A stretch of DNA of 64,000 nucleotides from the NCBI GenBank assembly GCA_951406725.2, contig OX597837.1:35650001-35714000 (forward strand), written 5' to 3'. Made by a program: the position numbers and the translations under genes. A model generated the notes under the pieces. The model was given only the letters and a program-made list of their open reading frames with translations. It was not told where the DNA came from and searched no databases. The stretch comes from Octopus vulgaris. Its lineage: Eukaryota. Of this stretch, positions 51,713 to 64,000 are shown in pieces. How positions within the stretch are numbered: position 1 is the first letter of the stretch; each line of letters opens with the position of its first letter.

Positions 51713-53092
51713 GTCTACCGCATGGCTTTTTCACATGCAGTTGGAACTTCCAATGGAGCTTGTATGTGGTCACCCAACCTGCTAGAAATAGTAATCAAAT
51801 CTCCTTCATATGATAGATGTGTGTGTATCCTTGTCTTGACATGTAATAATTGTTGTAAATAAGCATTACTGTTACACAAGCAGTGTCGTTTATTTCCAGT
51901 CTTCCATGGAAAAACATGTCTGGCCATGGGGAAATATTGCCTTGTTTGGAAACAAGTGAGGGTTGGTGACAGGAAAGGCTTCCACCTGTGGAAAATCTGC
52001 TTCAATAAACTCTGTCTTTCCCAAAGATGGCTGTATCTACAGCATGGTTTTTCACATGTAGGTGGAACTTCCAATGGAGCTTGTATGTAGTTGCCCAGCC
52101 TGCTAGAAACTGTAGCCAAATCCCCTTCATGTGATACTCTTAACAGCTTGCAAAGGGAGGGACGCATTGGATAATTGTAATCCTAGATATACAAAACTTT
52201 GAGAAAAGGATGGGATGGTCATAGGTGGAACGTCTTTGATCCTATGCCTGCTTGTATTTTGGGCCAGACTAGATTGTTGCATTTCCCTATTTTGCCCTTC
52301 TCTAGCATAAAATATCTATCAATGATGTTGTTTATGTTGCATAATGCATAGCTGTGTGGTTAAGAAGTTTGCTTCTCAGCCAACCACATGGTTTTGTGTT
52401 CAATCTTAGGGCGTGGAACCTACACATTCGTCAAGTGGTAACACTTTTCATCATAGCCTTCGGTTAACCAATGGCTTGTGAGTGAAATTTGGTAGATGGA
52501 GGCATTGGTCAAGAGTCAATCCACAGTACTTGCATATATATTACGGAGATGTACTTGCATAGCAAGTGACCTGATCTGAGATCGTGTGCTGGAACAAAAA
52601 CAATTGCAGCATAAAAGGTGTATATAAGCCATTTAAAAACACAAAAAGACCATTAGATTCACGTCATCCCCTCTCTCTCTTTTGGAGAGGCACTGAGCAG
52701 CTATACGCACACATACACACAGGGCAGTAACTCCCGCCTACCGAATTCAATCACAAAGCTTCGGTCGACTTGGGGCTATAGTGGAAGACATCTACCCAAA
52801 GTGCCACACAGTGGGACTGAACCCGAAACCATGTAGCTAGGAAGCAAGCTCCCTAACCACACAGCCATGCCCATTTAAATTTAATTTGTCAAAATATTTT
52901 CGTCATTTTGAGATCGACCTGTTCACTGACAAAATTCTGTGCTGCATGGGTATTTTGTCAGTGAACAGGTCAGTCTCAAAGCGACGAAAATATTTTCGCA
53001 AATTAAATTTAAATCTTGAAGTGAATCTAACGGTTTTTGTGTATTTCTTAAATGGCTTATAAACACCTTCCATGTTGCAATTGTTTATATTG

Positions 53093-53151
<59 letters not shown>

Positions 53152-53414
53152 AGTGAGCTATAAACAGTAGCTGCACCACATCGTGAAGTATATTTGCCAC
53201 TTAAGTGTATGTAACCCTTAAGGGTGGATGCTACTGTAGCCTGTAGCCCCAGGAAGACATCTCCTCCAGCTGGTTATTGACACACTTTCTGTGCCCTATC
53301 AGTATTTGCACTCTGTGAGGCTCCACATTCAAAGGGTGCTGTTTATATGCCACTGGTACGGATACATGTATAAGATGATATATATATATATATATACACA
53401 TATATACATATATA

Positions 53415-53820
53415 TATCATCGTTTAACGTCCGCCTTCCATGCTGGCATGGGTGGGATGGTTTGACAAGAGCTGACCAAGCAGAAGCCTGCACCAGACCT
53501 CTGTAACTGTTTTGGTAAGGTTTTTACAGCTGGATGCCCTTCCTAACACCAACTACTCAGCAAAGTGGACTTAATGCATTTTACGTGGCACAAGTATAGG
53601 CAAGGTCAGTTTTGACAAGGTTTTTACAGCTGGATGCTCTTCCTAACACCAACCACTCTTCAGAGTGGACTTAATGCTTTTTACGTGGCACATGCATAGG
53701 TGAGGTCTGTTTTGACAAGGTTTTTACAGCTGGGGTGCCCTTCCGAATGCCAACCCTGTTACAGTGTGGAATGGATTCTTTTAAGTGGTATCTGAACTGA
53801 CAGGGTCACCAAGTAACCCG
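53415..53820 (-). mobile_element. RTE-tail variant with a triplicated TTAGGAAGGGCATCCAGCTGTAAAAACC module; similar copy at ~63580-63850
   Basis: Module seen at about 53520, 53620 and 53720. Confidence 0.75.
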
Positions 53821-55149
53821 CGGAGACAGTGCTTTACTATTCCATGTTTGTATATAACTACCAGAATAAAAGAGTAATCAGAGGGGTCCATAGGTAATGT
53901 GTAGATGAGAAGCCCTGATGTTGAGGCTCCCACATTGGCTTATTGTTGAATTGATTGCTGTTATTGAGTCGGGGATAGGAGGGGTGTTGTGGCCTTGACC
54001 TTTTATCAAGGTCACCTCTCCAAACTTATGGAACGAATGTGGTTCATGCCCAAGCCAGCAACAAAAGCACGGTACAGGGACCCTAGGGTGGGCGTCATGG
54101 TTAGAGTATCAGTCAAAATGCATTCAAGTTTTTATTTCTGTATTTTTTCTTACCATCTTCATCATCATCATCATCATTTAACATGTTTTCCATGCTGGCA
54201 TGGGTTGGACAATAATTTGACAGGATCTAAGAACCCAAGTGAACTGGAGTAGAGCACTTCAAAACCAAACACAGGAGACTGCATGAAGAGAGGGGGAAAC
54301 CTTGTCATCAACCCCATGCGACTGTTGTTCAGGGTCACTTTCAGTGCCCTCTGTGCGCCAGGATCTGCCTCTCTCGTACCAGTCTTGTCAGACAGGTCTG
54401 CTTTTGCGAGAAACTGTTGGAGTTGGAAGAGATTGAATGTCTTGGATCAATGCTGTCATCACCTTCGGTGGGTTCTTACAAGCAAGCAAGCAACCCAGAG
54501 AACTGTTTTGACCTCCACTGTTTTAGATTTGGTTCCTACTGCTGGATGCCCTTCTTAACGCCAACCACTTTCCAGAGTGTACTGGGTGCTATCTTTCATG
54601 CCACTGGCACTATTGAATTCATCAAGTAAATCATAAGAAAGGGTGAATCCTCCTCTCCCTGCCAAAAAAGGATTCCTGCCCTGATTAGCAAGTGCTGCTC
54701 TTTGGTAAACCCTGACACCTGACAGCCCATGGTCAAAGAATATACATCAATAGATATTTGGTGTTGATTTAATCTACTAAATTCTAGCATGATTAATTAA
54801 TGCTATGCTTAATTATGTGGAATTTTATGTGTAACAACCTACGTGCTTAATTTATATCATCATCATCATCACCCTCACATCACAATCATCACCATAATCG
54901 CCACCACCTCTCTCATCACCATCATCATCATCTTCACTACCATCACCACATTCATTACCACCATCATAATCCTCATTTCCGTGTCATTTTTCTTTCTATG
55001 CTTGCATGGCCGAACAGATATTGAAGCGTCTTACATACTTTAGAGTATGGATTGGGTATCATATGATGCTTGAGAGGAAGAGAAAGAGTCTTTAGTATTT
55101 TGGACGTTAGTCCTTCGTCAGGAACAGTAAAAGGAAAGAAGTGGGGAAA

Positions 55150-55550
55150 TAAGAGGAAGGGTATCTTTTATCATTTACTTGTTTCGGTCATTTGACTGCG
55201 ACCATGCTGGGGCACCGCCTTGAATTTTAGTTGGATGAATCAACCCCAGTTTTTATTTTTTTTAGGTACTGCTACTTATTCTATCAGTTTCTTTTGCTGA
55301 ATCACTAAGTTATGGGGATGGAAACACACCAACACTGGTTGTGAAGTGAAAGTGGGGTTCAAAGACACACATACACACACATGCATGCTGGGTTTCGTCC
55401 AGTTTCCGTCTATCAAATCCACTTACAAAGCTTCAGTCAGCCTGATGCTATAGTAAAAGACACTTGCCGAAGGTGTCCCACAGTGGGACTGAACCCAGAA
55501 CCATGTTGTTGAGAAGGCAACGCCTGCACCTAAATAGCCACGCCTGCACC
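55150..55550 (-). mobile_element. SINE family A, old copy
   Basis: Family motifs present, diverged. Confidence 0.8.
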
Positions 55551-55795
55551 TGTATTGGTAATGGAGAGAAGAAAGCTAAAAGTTTAGGGCCCCAGATGGA
55601 AATGCAGCTCTATGGGGAGAAGTAAGAAGAGAGGGAAAAAACAGGGTGGTGTGCATATGTACAGGGGTGCATCTGTGTAGGGAGAAAGTGAGTGTGGTGT
55701 GGGGCCACTTATTTGCTGTTCTTTAAACTATATATCTGTTTTAACCTGGGTACCTAAGTGACTGTCATATCTCTAATATATCCCCTGTACCTAAT

Positions 55796-56450
55796 TTAAC
55801 CCTTTCGTTACCAACCCGGCTGAAACCGGCTCTGGCTATTTAGTATAAATGTCTTGTTTTCGTAAGTTTTGAATTCAAATCTTCCACCAAATCTTAGCCA
55901 CAACTTATGTTCCTAGCACTAGCTTAATGATAACGATGGGATCTTTTCGGTTTGAACAGCAGTTTTTTCTAGCGGTGACATATGAAATTGTCACCCATAA
56001 TTATGACCCTAGTATCGATCTATTGCATTTCAATCTGTTTTAGGGCTAGGGTTAGAGGTGGGGGGAAGGGTATCTTTTTTCTTCACAAATGTAAATAAAC
56101 TCAATCTGTTTCTTAAACGAGGGACATATTCATACGGCATAGAATGTTTTCACCTCAATAAACGTCATTGATTGGTTGAAATTGCAGAAATTGAAGAAAA
56201 AAAAAACAGCAAATATCTTACAAACTATAGAATTTTCTCAATAAAGCCAAGAGAAAAAGATATTTTATAAACACATTCTACCAGTATACGAAGTTTAAAA
56301 GTGTTTAGTTACGTGGAAATTATTTTAAAAAACTGCCGTCCAACCCGAAAAGATCCAAAGTTTGTTATTTTACTAAATTCTTTGTTATATTTAAAATAAT
56401 TGGAAGAAACACAGACCATCTCAAAATAAATACAGTAACGAAATGATTAA
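55796..56450. mobile_element. piggyBac-like MITE family 2 with a full-length nested MITE E (55939-56356)
   Basis: TTAACCCTTTCG start; both MITE E TIRs are present. Confidence 0.8.
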
Positions 56451-56754
56451 AGCATGTACCTAGTTCAACCATATGTACCTAGTTATGAGATATCTCCTCT
56501 ATAACCTAGTTTATCTGTAATATACTTCAGATGTACCCAGTTTAACCCATTCACCTAGATATGCCATGTCTCATCTATACTCATGTATATATCCTATATC
56601 TTTACGTATAACCTATATATCTCATACACAACCTATATATATATACGTAGCTGTGAGCATTTATTAATTAGTTCTTTACATTTTATCAGCTCTGTCAGAG
56701 AATTAACTTCGCAGGTTCTTAATATCTACTTCATGTGTTAGTTAACGTACAACG

Positions 56755-57701
56755 TAGTAGTATTAGTAGTAGTAGTAGTATAAGTGGTGTTGGTTGTAAT
56801 AATAATAGTTGAGGTGGTGCTGGTAGTAGTAGTAGTAGTGGTGGTGATAATAGTAGTAGTAGTAGTATAAGTGGTGTTGGTTGTAATAATAATAGTTGAG
56901 GTGGTGCTGGTAGTAGTAGTAGTGGTGATAATAGTAGTAGTAGTAGTAGTATTAGTGGTGTTGGTTGTAATAATAATAGTTGAGGTGGTGATAATAGTAG
57001 TAGTAGTAGTAGTATTAGTGGTGTTGGTTGTAATAATAATAGTTGAGGTGGTGATAATAGTAGTAGTAGTAGTAGTAGTATAAGTGGTGTTGGTTGTAAT
57101 AATAATAGTTGAGGTGGTGCTGGTAGTAGTAGTAGTGGTGATAATAGTAGTAGTAGTAGTAGTAGTAGTATAAGTGGTGTTGGTTGTAATAATAATAATA
57201 GTTGAGGTGGTGCTGGTAGTAGTAGTAGTGGTGATAATAGTAGTAGTAGTAGTAGTATTAGTGGTGTTGGTTGTAATAATAATAGTTGAGGTGGTGATAA
57301 TAGTAGTAGTAGTAGTAGTATAAGTGGTGTTGGTTGTAATAATAATAGTTGAGGTGGTGCTGGTAGTAGTAGTAGTGGTGATAATGGTAGTGGTGGTGGT
57401 GGTAGTAGTAGTAGTAGTCGTAGTAGTATAAGTGGTGTTGGTTGTAATAATAATAGTTGAGGTGGTGCTGGTAGTAGTAGTAGTAGTGGTGATAATGGTG
57501 GTGGTGGTAGTAGTAGTAGTAGTCGTAGTAGTATAAGTGGTTTTGGTTGTAATAATAATAGTTGAGGTGGTGCTGGTAGTAGTAGTAGTGGTGGTGATAA
57601 TGGTGGTGGTGGTGGTAGTAGTAGTAGTAGTCGTAGTAGTATAAGTGGTGTTGATTGTAATAATAATAGTTGAGGTGGTGCTGGTAGTAGTGGTGATAAT
57701 G

Positions 57702-57733
<32 letters not shown>

Positions 57734-57940
57734 CGTAGTAGTATAAGTGGTGTTGGTTGTAATAATAATAGTTGAGGTGGTGCTGGTAGTAGTAGTAGTA
57801 GTAGTAGTGGTGATAATGGTAGTGGTGGTGGTGGTAGTAGTAGTAGTAGTAGTATGTGGTGTTGGTTGTAATAATAAGTTGAGGTGGTGCTGGTAGCAGT
57901 AGTGGTGATAATAATAGTAGTGGTGGTAGTGGTGGTGGTG
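56755..57940. repeat. Minisatellite of ~13 units built from TAG/TGG/TAA triplets
   Basis: Core TATAAGTGGTGTTGGTTGTAATAATAATAGTTGAGGTGGTG recurs with variable (TAG)n. Confidence 0.95.
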
Positions 57941-58527
57941 GCTATCTCTGGTGGTGACTGCATGATGTGTGTGAGTGGGGGGGTGTTGGTGGTTGGCTAT
58001 ATACTTTTGACCAATCAGCTGTTAGCAGCTGACTGTAAGTCTTGTTTGGGTATCTCCTGTCCCCCTGCCCCCCCCCACACCTTCTACCCCCCCTGCAGTC
58101 TATTCCCTACTCCCTTTCTCTCATCACATTATCTAGCATGGTGCCTGTTACCAAGGTAACAAGAGCCAGCTGATAGACTTTACTCACAGAATCAGGTATT
58201 TTATTTTATTTTATTTTTGTTTTTTTTTAAATTTTTTTTTTTTTTTACTGGTTGCTTGATGTAGTCTGGTGTATATTGTATCAAATTGAGGGGTGGGTTT
58301 CGGGGGGAGGGGGTGTCTTGGAGTGGAGACTGGCTTCTTCAGGTGGGGTGGGTGGGTGTTGGAGTGAGACTCACTTTCTGTTGTGAGTGTGAGTGTTGGA
58401 GTGAGACCAGTTTTTCTGTGAGTGCTGGACTGAGTCTTAACTTCATGTGAGTGTTGTGTGCTGGGAGTAAGACTAGCCTCATGTGGGTGCCATGAAAAGC
58501 TGTTCCACAAGTGGAATAATAATAAAT

Positions 58528-58932
58528 TACTCTTTTACTTGTTTCAGTCATTTGACTGCGGCCATGCTGGTGCACCACCTTTAATCGAGCAACTCGACCC
58601 CGGGACTTATTCTTTTGTAAGCCCAGTACTTATTCTATCGGTCTCTGTTGCCGAACCGCTATGTAACGGGGACATAAACACACCAGCATCGGTTGTCAAG
58701 CAATGCTAGGGGGACAAACACAGACGCACAAACATACACACACACATACATAAATATATATATATATACGACAGGCTTCTTTCAGTTTCCGTCTACCAAA
58801 TCCACTCACAAGACTTTGGTCGGCCCGAGACTATCGTAGAAGACACTTGCCCAAGGTGCCACGCAGTGGGACTGAACCCGGAACAATGTGGTTGGTAAAC
58901 AAGCTACTTACCACACAGCCACTCTTGTGCCT
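58528..58932 (-). mobile_element. SINE family A
   Basis: Full-length match to the other copies. Confidence 0.9.
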
Positions 58933-58962
58933 ATAATAATAACAGTAATAATAATAATGATC

Positions 58963-59795
58963 AAGGACCGTTTGAGCAGGATGGGTTACTTGATCTGAAG
59001 AAAATTCTAACTGGGGCCCCACCTGCAAGCTCATGCGCTGTTCATCTTGATATGAGATCACCATGTTGCGAACATACGGTTGTGATGCATGTGCCCGGTG
59101 TACCCTTATCAGACGGTATATGGTATATGGGTTTCATATAGTTGTACTCCGGTGTCACTTTGATGGCATGCACTGCTCTTTCACCCCCACCCCAAATAAT
59201 AGTAATAATAATAATAATAATAATAATGATAATAATAAATGCCCTGATGCAGTATTGGGTAGTGGTTCTTATGGCTTCTGATCTTAACTGATTGGAAGTG
59301 TTATCTTGTACATTGTTTTGTCTTGGTATAAAAGATGGACTACAGCAAATATTCTGCTCAATATCACAGATTTACTTGTAACAGGATTGACCATAACTAG
59401 TTGAGCATGTCCCTTAGTAGTTAATGATATGTGCATCTCTGATCACAAGGAGAAGTAGTGGGGGAGCATCATAGCCATGTGTTGAGAGGGATTCTTTGGG
59501 GTTTGAATAATTCACCTTTGGAAAAATGGGTGGTTCTTTCAACATCCTTAAACAACCCTTATTGACAGATCTTTTGAGCAGGATGGGCTACTCGACCTGA
59601 AGAAAATTCTAACTGGGTCCCACCTGCAAGGTCATGCACTGTTTATCTTGATATGAGATCACCATGTCGCGCACATATGGTTGTGATGCATGTGCCTCGT
59701 GCGCCCTTGTTAGATGGGTAGTCATGATGGGTATATTGGGCTTCATATATTTTACCCTAGTGTCACATTGATGGCATGCACTTCCCTCTCACTCA
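58963..59795 (+). mobile_element. Family G: truncated copy (58963-59180) plus the longest copy (59240-59795), each bounded by (AAT)n
   Basis: Shared right end GATGGCATGCACT; collinear with 24800-25282. Confidence 0.8.
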
Positions 59796-59809
59796 ATAAT
59801 AATAATAAT

Positions 59810-60016
59810 AATCCTTTCCACTAAAAGCACAAGGCCTGAAATTTTGAGGGAGGAGACTAGTTGATCACATCGACCCCAGTGTTTCACTGGTACTTAATTC
59901 ATTGATCCCAAAAGGATGAAAGGCAAAGCTGACCTCGGCAGAGTTTGAACTCAAAACATGAATGAAATGCCATTAAGCATTTTGCCTGGTGTGCTAACAA
60001 TTGTTAGCTTGCCACC

Positions 60017-60018
<2 letters not shown>
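59810..60018 (-). mobile_element. SINE family B, old copy
   Basis: Family motifs present, CpG-depleted. Confidence 0.8.
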
Positions 60019-60057
<39 letters not shown>

Positions 60058-60058
<1 letters not shown>

Positions 60059-60400
60059 GCACTCAGCGCAAACCTCTGCCAATGTCCTCTCAACGATTAG
60101 CTGGAGATTATTTTTAAAATTAAAATATCTGAAGTAAACTCGACTGCTCTCACAAATGAGAATGCTAAAAATTAACCCAACTGCTCTCAGATATTAAGTA
60201 AAAAAAGAACAGGAAAAATAATCCAGAACCCTTGTCTGGTACCGGATCGATCCCCAAATCTAATCAGTTCATGCCAGTCATGAGGCCAAACCTCCCTGAA
60301 AGTTTCATCCAAATCCATCAAGCGGTTCTTGAGATATCTTGTCCATGGACAAACAAACACAGCTGAAAACAATACCTCTGCCTTCACTGAGGCGGAGTAA
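60058..60400 (-). mobile_element. HINE-like element, second copy
   Basis: Reverse complement of 46041-46416. Confidence 0.65.
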
Positions 60401-60884
60401 TAATATTGATGATGATAATAATAATAATAATGATAATGGTTTCAAATTTAGGGGACAAGGGATGAGTTGATTACACCAACTCTATTGCTCAACTGGTACC
60501 TATAAAGATGAAAGGCAGAATCTTCTCTATTATACGCTTAAGAACTTAAATTTTAGACAAGGGGTTGATTGATTTTATCGATCCCAGTACATGACTGGTA
60601 TTTATTTTATTGACCCCCAAAAAGATGAAGGGCAAAGTTGACTCCAGTGGAATTTGAACTCAGAATGCACAGACAGACAGAATTCCACAAAGCAATTTAC
60701 CCAGTGTGCTAATGATTATGCCAGCTTTCCACCTTCATTAATGATAATGATGATGGCGATATTAATGATAACCTTCAATTATGACCTGTTTAATTTACTC
60801 ATTGTTCTTGATACTGTTCAGCTCATTGGATTGCAGCCAATTAGCTTTGATAACAACTAGATGTGTGTGTGTGTGTGTGTGTGG

Positions 60885-60918
<34 letters not shown>

Positions 60919-61326
60919 ATGTGTAAATATTTGTGTGAGTGTATGTGTATGTCTATGTGTAAAAATTTGTAAGTGTATCTCTCTCTCTATATGTGTTTGT
61001 GTGTGTGTGTATTTGTGAGTGTGTGTGTGTAAGTATTTGTGAGAGTGTGTGTGTGTAAGTATTTGTGAGAGTGTGTGTGTGTAAGTATTTGTGAGAGTGT
61101 GTGTGTGTAAGTATTTGTGAGAGTGTGTGTGTGTGTGTAAGTATTTGTGTGTGTGTGTGTGTGTAAGTATTTGTGAGTGTGTGTATTTGAGTGTGTGTGT
61201 GTAAGTATTTGTGTGTGTAAGCATTTTTGTGTGTATGTGTGTGTGTAAATTGTGTGAGTGTATGTGTATGTCTATATATATATATATATATGTGTGTGTG
61301 TCTATGTGTGTGTGTATATATATATT

Positions 61327-61375
<49 letters not shown>

Positions 61376-63052
61376 GTTTCAGTTGTTATTTCTACCTTGT
61401 TAGTTAACTCTAAAGTTTCCCCCATCTCGTTATGAATAACAAAACGGAGAAGGTCAATGGACAACAGCACTGGGAGGGCAAACTGACAAAGAAGTGCTTT
61501 GCTGTTATTGTAAAACATACAAGCACCTTCTCCCCCCCCCCCGGCCAGAAAGGCTAAAAGGGAAAGATTTTATTTCTTTTAAGGAAGCTGATAAGGTTTA
61601 GGGTATTGTCTCTTTCCTTAAGGACTGGTTATGTCTACAGGTGTTGTGTTGTTCTCGTAATTTATGATGCTCTATCAAGCATCAAGGATATTGTGCAGCC
61701 CTTGTTAAACCCTTCAGAAGGTGACCCAGGACATTGCTTAGCTTTGCAGACCCTTACCAAGTTCACCAAGTTGTTGGCTGGACTGCGGTTAATATAGTAA
61801 CCCTTTAAGTTAGGGTAGGGCCATAGGTAATCTTTACCTTTGTTTGTCTCAGTTATTAGGTGGTGGCCATGCTAGGGTACCGCTCTGAAGAACTATATTT
61901 GAATAAATTGACCATCATCATTGTTTAATGTCTGCTTTCTATGTTGGCATGGGTTGGACAGTTTGACATGGAGCTTGCCAGCTGGGGAGTTTGTCCAGAC
62001 TCCAATTGCCTGTTGTGGGATGGTTTCCACAACAGGATGCCCTTCCTGATACCAACCACTTAAGTGTGTGCTGGGTGCTTTTTATGTGACTCTGTCATGG
62101 GTGCATTTATGCAGCACCAGTATTGGTGTATTTATGCAGCACAGACACAAGTGCATTTATGCAGAACCAACATAGGTGCATTTACGGAGTATGGATGCAG
62201 GCGTGTCTACACAGCATGGATGCGGGCATGTCTATGCAGTGCGGGCATATCCACGCGGCACTGGCTTGGGTGCTTTTTAAGTGGCACTGGCACCTGAAGG
62301 GCGAAGTCTTGCTTTTTAAGCCTTATACTTATTCTGTCATTCTCTTTTGCTGAACCACTAAGTCATGGGGATTGTAAACACACTGACACCTGTCCTCAAG
62401 TGATGGGGCATGACGAACACAGGTACACACATACACACACACACACACATGTGTATTTCGTTTCATGTTACTCCAGTGTAACTGGTTGAAAATGGATACT
62501 GGTAACAAGTGGTGGGAGTGAGATGGGATTTAACTTTGCAGTGGACTAGCATCCCATCCAGGGGTAAAGTCTCATACTCTGTCTCTTAACACTTCACAGA
62601 CAGTAATAGGCACCAGCTTAATGAACCTGTGGTCTGGTCAAGAGAACAGTCTTTTTAAGAGTGGTGGTGGGGTGCGTCTGCTGATGAAGCTCTGGCCTGC
62701 TTATATTAAGGTCAAGTGATTACATCCACACTTTGTCACTGGCCTGTGAGGTCACTACTAATATTAATTCTTGTTCATTTCCTCAGTTCCACTTGTGTGC
62801 TAGACATTGCTGACCATTTGATCTTAGTACCACATGCCACTAAAACCACTTGTTAAATGTCCGGCTAGTTTGGCCAGGAACCTCTGTGTGTGTGTGTGTG
62901 TGTGTGCGTGCGTGCGCATGCATACATGTGTCCATTGGTTCCTAACCTTTTTTTATGGTAGCCCCCCCCCCCGACTTTAAGTAGTTGTTATGCCTTGTGC
63001 TCACCTAAGTGGTGAGTGAGGTATTACGATTAAACTAACTTAACGTGGTTAA

Positions 63053-63447
63053 TCTCTATATATAAAGCTGAAGTTGTCTGTGTGTGTGTGGCAGGTTTGG
63101 TAGCCTTCAACTAACACTATCTCCTCCGAGATCCTGCGGCACAAGTTGACCAAAATTGAGAGTATGGTAGAAGAAGGCTTGCTCTTCCTTCCGTAGAAGA
63201 AAAAATTCAAATCGGACCATGTTAACACCAAAAATTATTAACATCAAAAAGGTGCTCTTTTTCTATGAAAATCCCTATTTTTTAACGATTTTTTGACTGC
63301 TGTATCACCATTTTTCGGTGTATTTCAACCAGAAAAATGTTCACTTAAAGAGAATAACAAGCTACATAATGCAAAATTTTTACTTTTCAAAAATTCCAAT
63401 TCTAAAGGGTCAAAACAAACCCGAGCAACGCCGGGCGATATTGCTAG
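63053..63447 (+). mobile_element. Intact non-autonomous Helitron (395 bp)
   Basis: A|TC 5' end, subterminal hairpin CCCGAGCAACGCCGGG (63420-63435), CTAG|T 3' end, no TSD. Confidence 0.85.
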
Positions 63448-64000
63448 TATTTTATAAATTTCACTCTAAAAATGGATTGTCTAAGCTTTTAACAGTGAAA
63501 CGATAAAATTAGTGAAGGTAAAAGTTATAAATTTACTTTTAGACATTGGAACTTAACCTTTTAGTCATCATAATCGTCCTCATCATTTAACGTCCTCTTT
63601 CCATGCTGGCATGGGTTGGATGGTTTGACAGGAGCTGACCAGGCAGGTGCCCTCACCAGACTTCTGTGACTGTTTTGACAGGATTACAGCTGGATGTCCT
63701 TCCTAAACACCAACCACTCGCCAGAGTGAACTTACTGCTTTTTATGTGCACAGGCGAGGTTAGTTTTGGCAAGGTTTTTACAGCTGGTTGTCCTTCCGGA
63801 CTGGATGCTTTTTAAATGGCACTTGCACTGACAGGTTCACCAAGTACCTTGCAAGACAAAAAAAAAACCCAACCAAAAAGCCTTTGAGATGGGAATGGAG
63901 TATTGGATGAGGTGATCTTGTGTCAGATGATGAAAGATTACATTATTTAATAACATCGAAAAATACTTTAGGAATGAGAACCCAGGTTTGAAATTTCCCC

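Noticed and set aside
56731-57963. 410-aa Leu/Pro-rich ORF, or a Thr-rich mucin-like reading in another frame
   Set aside because: This is a triplet-built minisatellite whose G-poor minus strand rarely forms stops in any frame. There are no supporting splice or start signals.
61606-61797. Possible coding exon in unique sequence
   Set aside because: No recognisable domain and no convincing acceptor-donor pair enclosing an open frame.

Overview
Animal genomic DNA, not prokaryotic. The repeat families and microsatellite load look like an octopod cephalopod such as Octopus; this is recognised from memory, not from a database search. The window is almost entirely intronic or intergenic. It holds dense microsatellites, three or four tRNA-type SINE families, RTE and Tx1/L1 LINE fragments, and several MITE types (Tc1/mariner, piggyBac-like, hAT-like, GG-ended 8-bp-TSD Merlin-like). 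It also holds non-autonomous Helitrons/Helentrons and Penelope-type remnants with minimal hammerhead-ribozyme cores. Nearly all ORFs in the supplied track are simple-repeat or SINE artefacts. The only host-gene signals are two candidate + strand first exons (~7690-8190 and ~40480-41897), whose product cannot be identified. Most notable observations: (i) the 3' end and splice donor of the second exon is tandemly reiterated about six times downstream; (ii) one SINE family repeatedly inserts into itself at fixed sites, building multimers; (iii) several unrelated microsatellite-embedded fold-back elements and a ~1.15-kb inverted SINE structure would give long intronic dsRNA; (iv) three hammerhead-like cores. 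Repeat boundaries were read by eye and are approximate unless a TSD or TIR is quoted.
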